A stretch of DNA of 50,298 nucleotides from Gemmatimonadota bacterium (GCA_039588295.1 JBDHAB010000042.1:1-50298), one strand, 5' to 3'. Shown: positions 1 to 8,545, numbered from the stretch's first letter. Made by a program: numbers and translations. The notes: generated from the letters alone by a model not told the origin.

Positions 1-1
1 C

Positions 2-325
2 ATGTCGATCGAGAGTACGGAGTTCAGAGATCTCATCATGCTGGACCGCGAATTCAGCAGTATGGGCAACAAGATCGAAGTCCAGTACACCGAGAGCGGA
101 GAGGTCACCTACTTCAAGTTCCAGTACAAGACGGTGGGAATCCTCCTCGACTACGGTGTGAGCGAACCGAGCGAGTTCGTGAGCGCGTTCCGCGAGCGAT
201 ACGGCATTCCGGACATGGCCTTCGAGAACATGGGATTCGTGAACGCGTGGAATCACACGGACCCGGACGCCGGATACACGCTCTCGATCGACGACGCGAT
301 GAATATCACACTGCAGAGACCATAG
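2..325 (+). CDS. Hypothetical protein, probably the C-terminal part of a gene starting before the window
   Basis: Open frame from the window edge to TAG at 323-325 with strong GC3 codon bias (ttc, aag, gag, gac); no motif recognised. Confidence 0.6.
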   Translation: MSIESTEFRDLIMLDREFSSMGNKIEVQYTESGEVTYFKFQYKTVGILLDYGVSEPSEFVSAFRERYGIPDMAFENMGFVNAWNHTDPDAGYTLSIDDAMNITLQRP

Positions 326-728
326 GGCGCTCAGCGCTCTCGTGCATCCGCCTGCTGCTGTACCCGATCAATGTGGCGCTTGGCCCTATGGTAGTCACGA
401 TGGAAGTTCGTTACCTGGGCGTTGGCGTTTCCCGTCCGCATAGGAGCAGATGATACGCAGCTTCCGGGCCGGCGGGCGTGTCAGGTTCCGAAGACCCCGG
501 GAATGTCAAAGTCATCGGCATCCAGCCCCGAGCGCCTGCCAAGGGAAGCGCCGCCATCTGCTCGTTGAGCATCCAGTATGTCTCAGCACCTGCGCTTGAA
601 ACCCCAGATCGGTTCGGGCGGTCTTGGTCACTCTTGCGTCTGGCGTGCAAGGTCGTACATGTTGAATTCGGCAGCCTACTGGGCTCCCAAAGCCTTCTGA
701 AACACACACAACTCGTCTATTCCCAACG

Positions 729-746
729 TGTTGAGAACTTGTTGAG
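729..746 (+). promoter_or_regulatory. Heptamer direct repeat TGTTGAG-N4-TGTTGAG, SARP-box-like, upstream of the BTAD regulator
   Basis: Exact heptamers at 729-735 and 740-746 (11-bp period), about 40 bp upstream of the ATG at 788. Confidence 0.35.
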
Positions 747-787
747 CGGCCGCGTGCAAGATTGGATTGCGACAGGCTAACCCGTCT

Positions 788-3700
788 ATGGCCACACACC
801 CTCACCTCAAAATCTTCGGCCCTCCGGTGCTTTGCGGCAGCGACGGGCGCCCAGTCCGGTTCCGCACCCGAAAGCAACTCGGGCTGGTGGTCTATCTGGC
901 GCTCGAGACCCGTATCCGGCCGGTCTCGAGGGATCTACTTGTCGAGCTGTTCTGGCAGACCGATTCCCCAGACCGGGCACGCCACTCGCTATCCCAGGCG
1001 CTCAGTGCTATCCGCCAGGTTCTGGGTAGCGGAGCGATTCCTCGAGGCGGTCGCGACGTACAGCTGAACACCACCCTGGAGACTGATCTCGACGCACTTG
1101 CGGGAGGCACCGACCTACCTGCGCAGTTCGAGCATCCACTTCGTGATCTGGATCGCAACGGCAGCGCCGAGTTTGCCCATTGGGTCGAAGGCATGAGGGC
1201 GCGCTGTCTGCGACAGATTCGAGAGAGCCTTGCACGCCAACTGAGCGAAGCAAGGGAACGGGGAAGCGTCGGCCAAGTCTACGAACGCGCAGCGAAGCTC
1301 TACCAGGTGGATCCACTGAGCGATGCCGCAGCGCAAGCGCTGGCCGAGGAGCTTCTGCTGAAGAGCGACGTGCCCGGAGCCATTCGCTTGCTCCGCTCGC
1401 ATCACGAACGCGTCCGATCCGAACTCGCCTGCAATCCACATCCGGATCTCGAACGGTTGCTTCGGCGAGTCGAAAGCGGATTGGTGCCAGCAGCCAGTGG
1501 CCTCGGAGCGAATTGTCTTGAGCCCCGGCGGCGGCGACCGTTTGTGGGACGAGAGCGTGAGTTGTCCCGTCTCGAGTCTTGGTGGGTCGAAGCCCAACGC
1601 GGAAAGCTGCGAACAGGCCTCTTGGCTGGTCCGACAGGAGTCGGCAAGACCTCCGTCCTGCGCCGCTTCACAACAGCAGTTGCGGCCCGTGCAGGCGCAG
1701 TGTGGGACGTCGCCTGCCAGGAAATGGGCCGCAACATCCCCTTCGCTGCCGTCGCCGACCTGATTCACGTCGTGTGTCACGACCGCGGTGTCGGCGGAGC
1801 CGACCCACGCTGGCTCGCGGAGGCAAGTCGCGTCGCGCCAGGGATACGGTCCGTGTTTACCGGAATCCCCGACCCGCCTCCGGTGCCGGCTGAATCGGTT
1901 CGCTTACGTTTGGCCGAGGCACTACTGCGAATGTTCGAAACAGTTGCTGATGGCGGTCCGATGATGCTGGCTCTCGATGATCTTGCGTTCCTGGATCCGG
2001 CCAGTCGAGATGTTCTACATGTACTCCTGCGACGGCTGCAGTCGCACCCTGTACTGCTTGTAGCGTCGTCACGCACTCCGGAGGCGACGAATCTCGCTCG
2101 GCGGGATGGCGGGGACATAGGAATGCCATGGCACGAGGTACTCGTTCTCCCACCTATGGCGACAGCCGAGGTCTCCGCTGTCGTCGATGGACTTTGTGGC
2201 GAGCAGGGGACTCTTTCGAACGAGACTCGCAAGGCCTTACTCGAGCTATCAGACGGGAATCCGTACCTGACCGAGATGCTAGTGTCGGACTGGCTGCGGA
2301 ACGCCGGCCAATCACTCGTCGCCGCACACAGACGGGGCGAAGGCAATATCGGCTCGTTGCACCTGCCTGATACTATGCGGCGGGCCTTCGAACGGCAGTA
2401 TCACGGGCTGACCACTGTCGCTGAACGAATGCTCCACCTCATGGCTGTCGCGGGACGTCGCGTTTCGATCACGGAAGTTCACAGCCTTCTCGGCATCGCC
2501 AAACCGGCAGCGAACCTCGCCGCGCTTGAACTGTTCGACCGAGGCCTCGTTCGTCTCGAGGACGGCAGGCTTGGCTTCACCAACGAGTTGCACCGTTCCT
2601 ATGTGTACGCGGCGATGCCAGAGGAGAGCCGGAAATTCTATCATGGACAGATGGGGGAGGCGTTGGCGACCGGCTGTTGCGCCGGTGACTTTCAGCGTCT
2701 TTTCGAATCTTCCCAACACTTCCTCAGGGGAGGGTCCACAACTGCGGCGGCTGATTCGTTAGTAGGAGGAGCCGAGCTTGCGCTTGAACGAGGCGCACCC
2801 AAAGAAGCGGAGCAAGCACTACGCCGAGTCGGTCCGCTGTGTCGGGATCGGAATACAGCCCGAATCACCACACTTCTTGCAGAGGCACTTCTCGCCCAGG
2901 GTCACCACAGCCGCGCTCTGGCTGCCGCCGACAAGGCGAGCGCATTTGCCAGATCCCCAGCCGAGGTCGCCCGGGTCGCTGCCATAAGTGCGGAGGCAAT
3001 CCTGTTCGGAAGACTTCGAGACCGAGCTGGCATCGGCCTGGCCGTACGATCTGCACTCAGTGAAGCCACCAAGGGAAACGACGAGCAGTGTCTCGCACGC
3101 GCACTGCTACTTAGCGCCGAGGTGGCGTACGACCAGGTTGACTCCGACTCGCTGAATAGCGTTGCGCGAGCGGCAGCGAATATTGTCAAGGAAGCCAAGA
3201 ACCCTTTCGTCTATTCCTCAGCTCAAATCACACTCGCCTACTGTGCCCTTGTGACCGGGCGTAGCCGTGCCGCTGCACGTCTCTTCAGCAGTGCTGCAGG
3301 TAGTCTTCGTGCGCTATCGAGGGAAAGCGATCTTCGACGAGCGCTCAACGGGCTCGGTATTGTGTTGACTAGTCTCGGCGATTGGGAGCACGCAGTTAGC
3401 TGCTTTCGGGAGGCAATTCGACTGGCGGAAAATGCGGGAGATTTCCATACACAAAGCGTGCTCTGGGATAACCTCGCAGTGCTGTACGAAGACACTGGTT
3501 CTTTTCACGATGCCGTCAAGGCACGGAGGACTGCCTTCCAACTCTCTCAGGGCTCCACATCGCCAAAACGGCTGGTCGAGCTATTCACAAATTCAGCGTC
3601 GCTTTCGATTACCCTCGGTGCGTTCTCGGAGGCAGCCTTGTGTCTAGAACAAGCAGAGCGGTTCAGCAAACAGGCGCAGCTGCACCGCCTCACCGTCTCA

Positions 3701-4183
3701 ATACTTCTTGCCCGAGCTGACTTGGGAATCGCGCAGCATCAGGACGACAGTGCCTGGGAGAACATCGAAACGGCAATTGCCGTGGCAGGAGAGCACGGGG
3801 AGAATGCACGCGGAATCGCGGATTTTGAACGGGCTAGACGACACTTTATCTGGGCAACTCAGGGGTTTGACACATTCGTTGCATGTGTGGATGACAGACA
3901 AGCTTCACGATTGGATTTGCGGATCTCACAACGACTAGAGCTGAAGGCGCTGGAGGAATGGGTGTTCCAACGTGAAGGCAAGCCCCTGCGTCGAGAATCT
4001 GTTGTGAACGAACTCCGGCAACGAGGCATATACGGAGCCATAGCCCACCTCGTTGCACTTCACATCTATCCAGGGAAGTTGCCCACCCGGCGGGCGGACG
4101 AATCTAGCGTCCGACTAGTGAAACGCGCCTTTCCGGAACACGATCAGCGGCTCGCGCCAAGAAGAGTTGGCGTTCCTCTATGA
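788..4183 (+). CDS. SARP-family (wHTH-BTAD) transcriptional regulator with STAND/AAA ATPase and C-terminal TPR-like repeats
   Basis: N-terminal LKIFGPP...LVVYLALE...SRDLLVELFW...ARHSLSQALSAIR (SARP wHTH); BTAD-like DPLSDAAAQAL; FVGRERELSRL, Walker A GPTGVGKT, Walker B LALDD, GNPY motif; helical repeats such as RALNGLGIVLTSLGDWEHAVSCFREAI. ATG at 788 preferred over TTG at 767. Confidence 0.9.
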   Translation: MATHPHLKIFGPPVLCGSDGRPVRFRTRKQLGLVVYLALETRIRPVSRDLLVELFWQTDSPDRARHSLSQALSAIRQVLGSGAIPRGGRDVQLNTTLETDLDALAGGTDLPAQFEHPLRDLDRNGSAEFAHWVEGMRARCLRQIRESLARQLSEARERGSVGQVYERAAKLYQVDPLSDAAAQALAEELLLKSDVPGAIRLLRSHHERVRSELACNPHPDLERLLRRVESGLVPAASGLGANCLEPRRRRPFVGRERELSRLESWWVEAQRGKLRTGLLAGPTGVGKTSVLRRFTTAVAARAGAVWDVACQEMGRNIPFAAVADLIHVVCHDRGVGGADPRWLAEASRVAPGIRSVFTGIPDPPPVPAESVRLRLAEALLRMFETVADGGPMMLALDDLAFLDPASRDVLHVLLRRLQSHPVLLVASSRTPEATNLARRDGGDIGMPWHEVLVLPPMATAEVSAVVDGLCGEQGTLSNETRKALLELSDGNPYLTEMLVSDWLRNAGQSLVAAHRRGEGNIGSLHLPDTMRRAFERQYHGLTTVAERMLHLMAVAGRRVSITEVHSLLGIAKPAANLAALELFDRGLVRLEDGRLGFTNELHRSYVYAAMPEESRKFYHGQMGEALATGCCAGDFQRLFESSQHFLRGGSTTAAADSLVGGAELALERGAPKEAEQALRRVGPLCRDRNTARITTLLAEALLAQGHHSRALAAADKASAFARSPAEVARVAAISAEAILFGRLRDRAGIGLAVRSALSEATKGNDEQCLARALLLSAEVAYDQVDSDSLNSVARAAANIVKEAKNPFVYSSAQITLAYCALVTGRSRAAARLFSSAAGSLRALSRESDLRRALNGLGIVLTSLGDWEHAVSCFREAIRLAENAGDFHTQSVLWDNLAVLYEDTGSFHDAVKARRTAFQLSQGSTSPKRLVELFTNSASLSITLGAFSEAALCLEQAERFSKQAQLHRLTVSILLARADLGIAQHQDDSAWENIETAIAVAGEHGENARGIADFERARRHFIWATQGFDTFVACVDDRQASRLDLRISQRLELKALEEWVFQREGKPLRRESVVNELRQRGIYGAIAHLVALHIYPGKLPTRRADESSVRLVKRAFPEHDQRLAPRRVGVPL

Positions 4184-5438
4184 GTCGACGAATGGCGGTG
4201 CTCCGCTTGAAAGCCTCAACCACATCGGGATCGAACTGCGTCCCAGCGTAGCGATCGAACTCCCTGATCACGTCCTCATAGGTGCGAGCACCCCTGTACG
4301 GCCGATCCGTCATCATCGCGTCTGCAGTGTCGGCAACCATGACGATCCTGGCACCTATCGGAATCTCGTCGCCAACAAGACCGTCCGGATAGCCGCCGCC
4401 ATCATAGTGCTCATGGTGGCACCGAACGCAGCGCTCTACATATCCTCGGAGGCTCGAGATGGTCCGCACCAATTCCGCACTTCGCCCAGGATGAGTCTGT
4501 ATCAGTTCGCGCTCAGTCGGTGAAAGGTCATCGCCCTTCCTAAGAATGGCCGCATACTCTCCGTAGATCTTTCCGACATCGTGCAGAAGTGCGGCAGTCT
4601 CGATTTGTTCAATGTCCCTAGCTGGAAGTCCTAGTGATCTCGCAATAGCTCTGGCGAAGGTCGCAACGCGAACAGAGTGACCCGAGGTATAGGGATCCCG
4701 AGCTTCGATAGACTTCACCATGAGCTCAAGGAGCTCGCGGTTCGTCTGTTCAAGCTGGAGATTGACGTGGAGTGCGTGCCGCACGAAGAAGAGTGGCACG
4801 ATGACCAGGAGTAGTCCTGACAGCTGGAGCTTGATCCACAAGAACGCGAGGAGCGGAGCCAGGGAGCTGGAAAGGACATCATGGACCAGACCCTTGACAA
4901 CGATCTGACTCCACGCTTCGCCCAACTCCGAGCGGGAACTCATGGCAACCGCCGTCGCCGCAGCTCCATTGCTCACCAGAAAATACAGGACGGTGGCGCC
5001 CAAGAACGCAGGCACCTTCATGGCCGGTTCGGCGATCCAAAGTGTTCCGCCCGCGGCGACGTAGACCCACCCTGCAAAGCCAACGGCGACGATTTCCTTC
5101 GCAGTGTTGTGAAGGATCTTAATGAGGGGCTTCCTTCTGACGACGGTCTCGGCCACCAACTCGGTTGTGCCCGCGATGACCATTGCCCACGGCGGACCGA
5201 GAAGAAGTACGGCGGACAGATAGGCGACGAAAGAGACAGCACTTGTCGCAGTCCCGACCCTTAGCCGCAGTGAGAAGAACTCGGCTAACAGGCCTAGCGC
5301 CAACAGTGCAACGAATGTGTTCCAGAACGGAATGCCCGCAGTTGAGACATCAAACTCTGCACTGGCCAGCATTGCGCCTGCCGCCAGGCAAACCGCGATC
5401 ACATAGGCGACTATGGCCGTCGGGTGTTTGATGGACAT
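4104..5438 (-). CDS. Membrane-anchored HD-GYP cyclic-dinucleotide phosphodiesterase with multi-TM N-terminal sensor domain
   Basis: About 7 hydrophobic segments in the first ~220 aa, then EARDPYTSGHS, LHDVGKI, HHEHYDGGGYPDGL, ADTADAM and RPYR; metal-ligand motifs intact. Confidence 0.93.
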   Translation of the reverse strand: MSIKHPTAIVAYVIAVCLAAGAMLASAEFDVSTAGIPFWNTFVALLALGLLAEFFSLRLRVGTATSAVSFVAYLSAVLLLGPPWAMVIAGTTELVAETVVRRKPLIKILHNTAKEIVAVGFAGWVYVAAGGTLWIAEPAMKVPAFLGATVLYFLVSNGAAATAVAMSSRSELGEAWSQIVVKGLVHDVLSSSLAPLLAFLWIKLQLSGLLLVIVPLFFVRHALHVNLQLEQTNRELLELMVKSIEARDPYTSGHSVRVATFARAIARSLGLPARDIEQIETAALLHDVGKIYGEYAAILRKGDDLSPTERELIQTHPGRSAELVRTISSLRGYVERCVRCHHEHYDGGGYPDGLVGDEIPIGARIVMVADTADAMMTDRPYRGARTYEDVIREFDRYAGTQFDPDVVEAFKRSTAIRRLIEERQLFLARAADRVPERRVSLVGR

Positions 5439-5468
5439 CTAGCTGAGGGGGTGCCCCTGGAGAAGAAG

Positions 5469-5546
5469 CTACCAACTGACGTTCCCGCCGGCCAAGAAAT
5501 ACCGCGCGAGAGCGCTGAAGAACGCGGCTAGCCAGCCTAATGCCAT
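5469..5546 (-). CDS. Small hydrophobic peptide MALGWLAAFFSALARYFLAGGNVSW (25 aa), putative signalling-peptide precursor
   Basis: ATG at 5546 to TAG at 5471-5469; strong SD AAAGGGGGTGA (5564-5554) 7 nt upstream; ends 30 nt before the HD-GYP start on the same strand; below the ORF-track length cutoff. Confidence 0.75.
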   Translation of the reverse strand: MALGWLAAFFSALARYFLAGGNVSW

Positions 5547-5553
5547 GAGAGCC

Positions 5554-5564
5554 TCACCCCCTTT
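5554..5564 (-). promoter_or_regulatory. Shine-Dalgarno site of the 25-aa peptide
   Basis: Minus strand reads GAAAGGGGGTGAggctctcATG. Confidence 0.75.
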
Positions 5565-5962
5565 CCGCAGTCCCTAACGACCTGCTTGGGTAGTAGCGCA
5601 CCCCGCTACGGTACGCCCGAGGCTCCGCTCGTTACTGCTGACCGATCCGCTCCGCTCTCCTTCTCCGGGGGCCCCCTAATCTCCTTTCCAAAGCTTCTTG
5701 GTCCCGTTTTGCGCGCAAGACGATTTTCTCTGTGAGACGCTCGCGCGCCGAACGGCTCCTACCTGCTATGGCCAAGGAACAAAGCGGGCGGGTCCAGCTG
5801 GGGACATCCCAGCCCGGCCAGCCCTCAGCCGAAAAAACCAATCTATGTATCCGCCACCCGGCGGTCCGTCACTGCGAGACCACCAGCGGCGTAGGATTAC
5901 GACCCAACAGCGGGGCTTAGAACCTACACCCCGATCGGCCTGTCCACTAGCCCCCCACCCGC

Positions 5963-6676
5963 CTAGGCCGGCGTCCGGGCCTGGAGCCACCGGTTGGTGG
6001 CGTCCAGCACCGCCAGGATCGCCGCACGCTCGGCACTCTCGCGCAACGGGGCGGTCCCCATCACCATCTCCGGATCGCGCCCTTCCACGACCTGCACACC
6101 CACCACCACGAGCCGCTGCTCGAACGCCTCCACCACCTTCACACCCTCCAGCTCCATGGCCCCCACCGCCAACGGCTGCTCCAAGACGCCCAACGCCGCC
6201 CGCGCCGCGGCCTGCATGCGCGCACGCGTGGTGTCGGCCACTTCCTCCTCCGCCTGCGCCTCCGCCCCACCCACCATCAGGGTGACCCTGACCCGCGTGC
6301 GATGCTCGCCCACGGAGACCATCTCCAAATGCTTGAACACCACGCTCCGGCGAATCGCCTCCACCCGGACCGCCTCCTGATCGAGCGCCTCGATGGGACG
6401 GACGTCGGCCGTCTGCGCCACACTGATCTTGCGATGATCCACCTTGAGGCCGAGCTGCGCCAGGAGGGCGCTCTCGACGTTGCGGACCACCTGCTTGGGC
6501 GAGAGCCCCGCATGCGTGAGCACGTGGACCGCCGTCACCTCACCGATCGGCGAGACCTCGACCCGCGCCGACAGCACGTCCTGCAAGCTCGTCAACAGGT
6601 TCTCCGCCCGCTTCACTCCCCACGGATCGGGGGACCGCGCGGCGTCGGGCGGCGTCGGAGGCGTCTCGGTCCTCAT
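5963..6676 (-). CDS. Conserved hypothetical two-domain protein
   Basis: High-GC3 ORF with globular-looking sequence VHVLTHAGLSPKQVVRNVESALLAQLGLKVDHRKISVAQ and C-terminal AILAVLDATNRWL; ATG at 6676 (alternative GTG at 6691). Confidence 0.8.
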   Translation of the reverse strand: MRTETPPTPPDAARSPDPWGVKRAENLLTSLQDVLSARVEVSPIGEVTAVHVLTHAGLSPKQVVRNVESALLAQLGLKVDHRKISVAQTADVRPIEALDQEAVRVEAIRRSVVFKHLEMVSVGEHRTRVRVTLMVGGAEAQAEEEVADTTRARMQAAARAALGVLEQPLAVGAMELEGVKVVEAFEQRLVVVGVQVVEGRDPEMVMGTAPLRESAERAAILAVLDATNRWLQARTPA

Positions 6677-6738
6677 CCCTGGATCGCTCACTCGCAGTTC
6701 TCCACTGACGTCACCGATCGTCCACCACCACAGACGAC

Positions 6739-8478
6739 CTAGGTTTGCAACGTGATCGGGCCGGTGTCCGATTCCCCCTCGGACTCCCCGAAGACCACCA
6801 AGTTACCACCGGCCGCCTTCGCCCGATACAGGGCCCGGTCCGCGCTGCGCAGCACATCGTCCGGCAGACGGTTCACCGGATCGTAACTGATCGCCCCCAC
6901 CGACGCTGTGACGCGGCGCTCATCGTACCCCAGCGACTGGCTCACCCGCTCGACCGACGACCGCATGAGCTCGCCCACGTGCAGCACCCCCTCCCGCCCC
7001 GTTCCCACCAGCACCACCACGAACTCGTCGCCCCCATAGCGGACCGCGACGTCCGTGGCACGCACGACCCGCCGGATCTCCCGCCCGATCGCCGCCAGCA
7101 AGATATTGCCGGCCTGGTGCCCGTGCACGTCGTTGATCTCCTTGAACCCGTCGAGGTCCAAGAACAGCACGCCGCACGGCTCCTGCGTACGATGGCTGCG
7201 CGCGATTTCCTGCGCCAGCCGATCCTGCAACACGCGGTAGGTCGACAGCCCCGTCAGATCGTCCACCGCCGACTGCTTCCGCGCCTCCGCCGCCTTCCGT
7301 TCCTGATACGGCGGACACTGACGGAACGTCGCGCGACCGCGCATCAACGCCCGGGCAAACTCCCGGCAACCCGCGTAGCCGCACGCCCCACAGTCCCACG
7401 GCGCACCGCTGGGCGCCGTACCGATCTCGCTCACCACCCAGTCGAGATCGCCCGTCGAGGGCTCCTTCCCGTCCGTCGCACCCTCGAACGTGGCGGCCAC
7501 CGGGACCCACACCCCGGGATCCACCACCGGCGTGGGGCTGCGCGGAGGCTCGGCCTCCTGCGCCAACCGGCGCCGGTGGAACAGCTCCTCGCGCGGACCC
7601 AGCAGCGGATGGTCGAGACACCCCTCACAGGGCAACAGGTCGACAAACCCGAGATCGACCTTGTCCACCACCACCGCCCGCGCGATCACGTCCAGCGCGG
7701 TGATGCCCCGCACCTTGCGGAACCGACGGCTCGTCTGCGGCTCGACCGCGAGCACCGGCAGCGGCAACCCGCCGGGCGTGCTCACATACCGCTGGCGCAC
7801 CCCCGGGATGCGCGTGAAGTAGCGCGACTGATCGGCTACCACCACCCCGCGCCGCCGCAACAACTCCTCCAACTCGGTGAACGTCAGAACCGCATCGACG
7901 TCCTCGTTCCCATCCGCCACGCATACACCCGTATACACGATGCTCGCGTCCCGCCCGTGCGTCGCGCGGAGGTACGCGGCCTCCGCCGCCAGCGGCGTCA
8001 TGATCGGCGCGAGATACGGCACGAGTTCGGGATAGTCGTGCCGGATCTTCTCCACCACCACCGGGCAGGTCGAGCGGATCCGCGTCCCCCACCCGGGATC
8101 GTCCAACAGCCGCCGGTACTCCTCCGCGACCAGCTCGTCTCCCACCACACCCCGGGACACGACCGCGAACCCCGCCGCATGACACGCGTTGATCACCTGC
8201 TCCGGCGCGTGTGGGTGGAAGTGGACATCCGCCTCCACGCTCAGCACCAGGATCGCGTCACCACGCTCGGCCAGCGCTAGCCCCTGGCTGAGGTCCCCCA
8301 CGGCGTCGATCGCGTCGTGTGGGCACGCCGGCACGCACGCACCGACACGAATGCACGACTCATCGACGATTCTGACCGTCGTGCCGTCCACCGCGATGGC
8401 CTGAGAGGGACACACACGGACACACGCCAGGCAGGCGACACACTTGTCGTTTACCTCAAACCGCACGGCCCGCCCCAC
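6739..8478 (-). CDS. Diguanylate cyclase with 2x[4Fe-4S] ferredoxin, [FeFe]-hydrogenase large-subunit-like and FeS sensory domains
   Basis: CVACLACVRVCP and CIRVGACVPACP; hydrogenase-fold motifs RSTCP, TGVCV, DLLPCEGC; DCGACGYAGC...CPPY FeS domain; DDLTGL, DLDGFKEIND, RATD I-site, YGGDEF, ADRALYRAK. Start GTG at 8478 or 8466. Confidence 0.9.
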   Translation of the reverse strand: MGRAVRFEVNDKCVACLACVRVCPSQAIAVDGTTVRIVDESCIRVGACVPACPHDAIDAVGDLSQGLALAERGDAILVLSVEADVHFHPHAPEQVINACHAAGFAVVSRGVVGDELVAEEYRRLLDDPGWGTRIRSTCPVVVEKIRHDYPELVPYLAPIMTPLAAEAAYLRATHGRDASIVYTGVCVADGNEDVDAVLTFTELEELLRRRGVVVADQSRYFTRIPGVRQRYVSTPGGLPLPVLAVEPQTSRRFRKVRGITALDVIARAVVVDKVDLGFVDLLPCEGCLDHPLLGPREELFHRRRLAQEAEPPRSPTPVVDPGVWVPVAATFEGATDGKEPSTGDLDWVVSEIGTAPSGAPWDCGACGYAGCREFARALMRGRATFRQCPPYQERKAAEARKQSAVDDLTGLSTYRVLQDRLAQEIARSHRTQEPCGVLFLDLDGFKEINDVHGHQAGNILLAAIGREIRRVVRATDVAVRYGGDEFVVVLVGTGREGVLHVGELMRSSVERVSQSLGYDERRVTASVGAISYDPVNRLPDDVLRSADRALYRAKAAGGNLVVFGESEGESDTGPITLQT

Positions 8479-8516
8479 CTCGGCATGTGACCCGTGGTAA
8501 CGGGCCGTAGCGGCTT

Positions 8517-8545
8517 ACTATGTAATGCAACTCAAGTTCTGTCAA
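8517..8545 (-). promoter_or_regulatory. Sigma70-type promoter for the Fe-S GGDEF gene
   Basis: TTGACA (8545-8540), 17-nt spacer, CATAGT (8522-8517), ~40 nt upstream of the start codon. Confidence 0.55.

Noticed and set aside
411..780. Short ORFs in the gap upstream of the SARP gene
   Set aside because: No convincing RBS, codon bias or motif; treated as promoter region, though a small peptide cannot be fully excluded.
5690..5740. Possible c-di-GMP-I riboswitch (GCAAAAC-like words) upstream of the HD-GYP
   Set aside because: No GNRA-capped P2 stem or tetraloop receptor could be built.
5632..5841. 69-aa minus-strand ORF upstream of the peptide
   Set aside because: Non-ATG start, no SD and no recognisable features.
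6745..8280. Long plus-strand ORFs antisense to real genes (also 11001-12074, 13069-14487, 25039-26370, 34764-36374, 42386-43915)
   Set aside because: Shadow ORFs of high-GC coding DNA; no motifs, while the opposite strand has clear family signatures.
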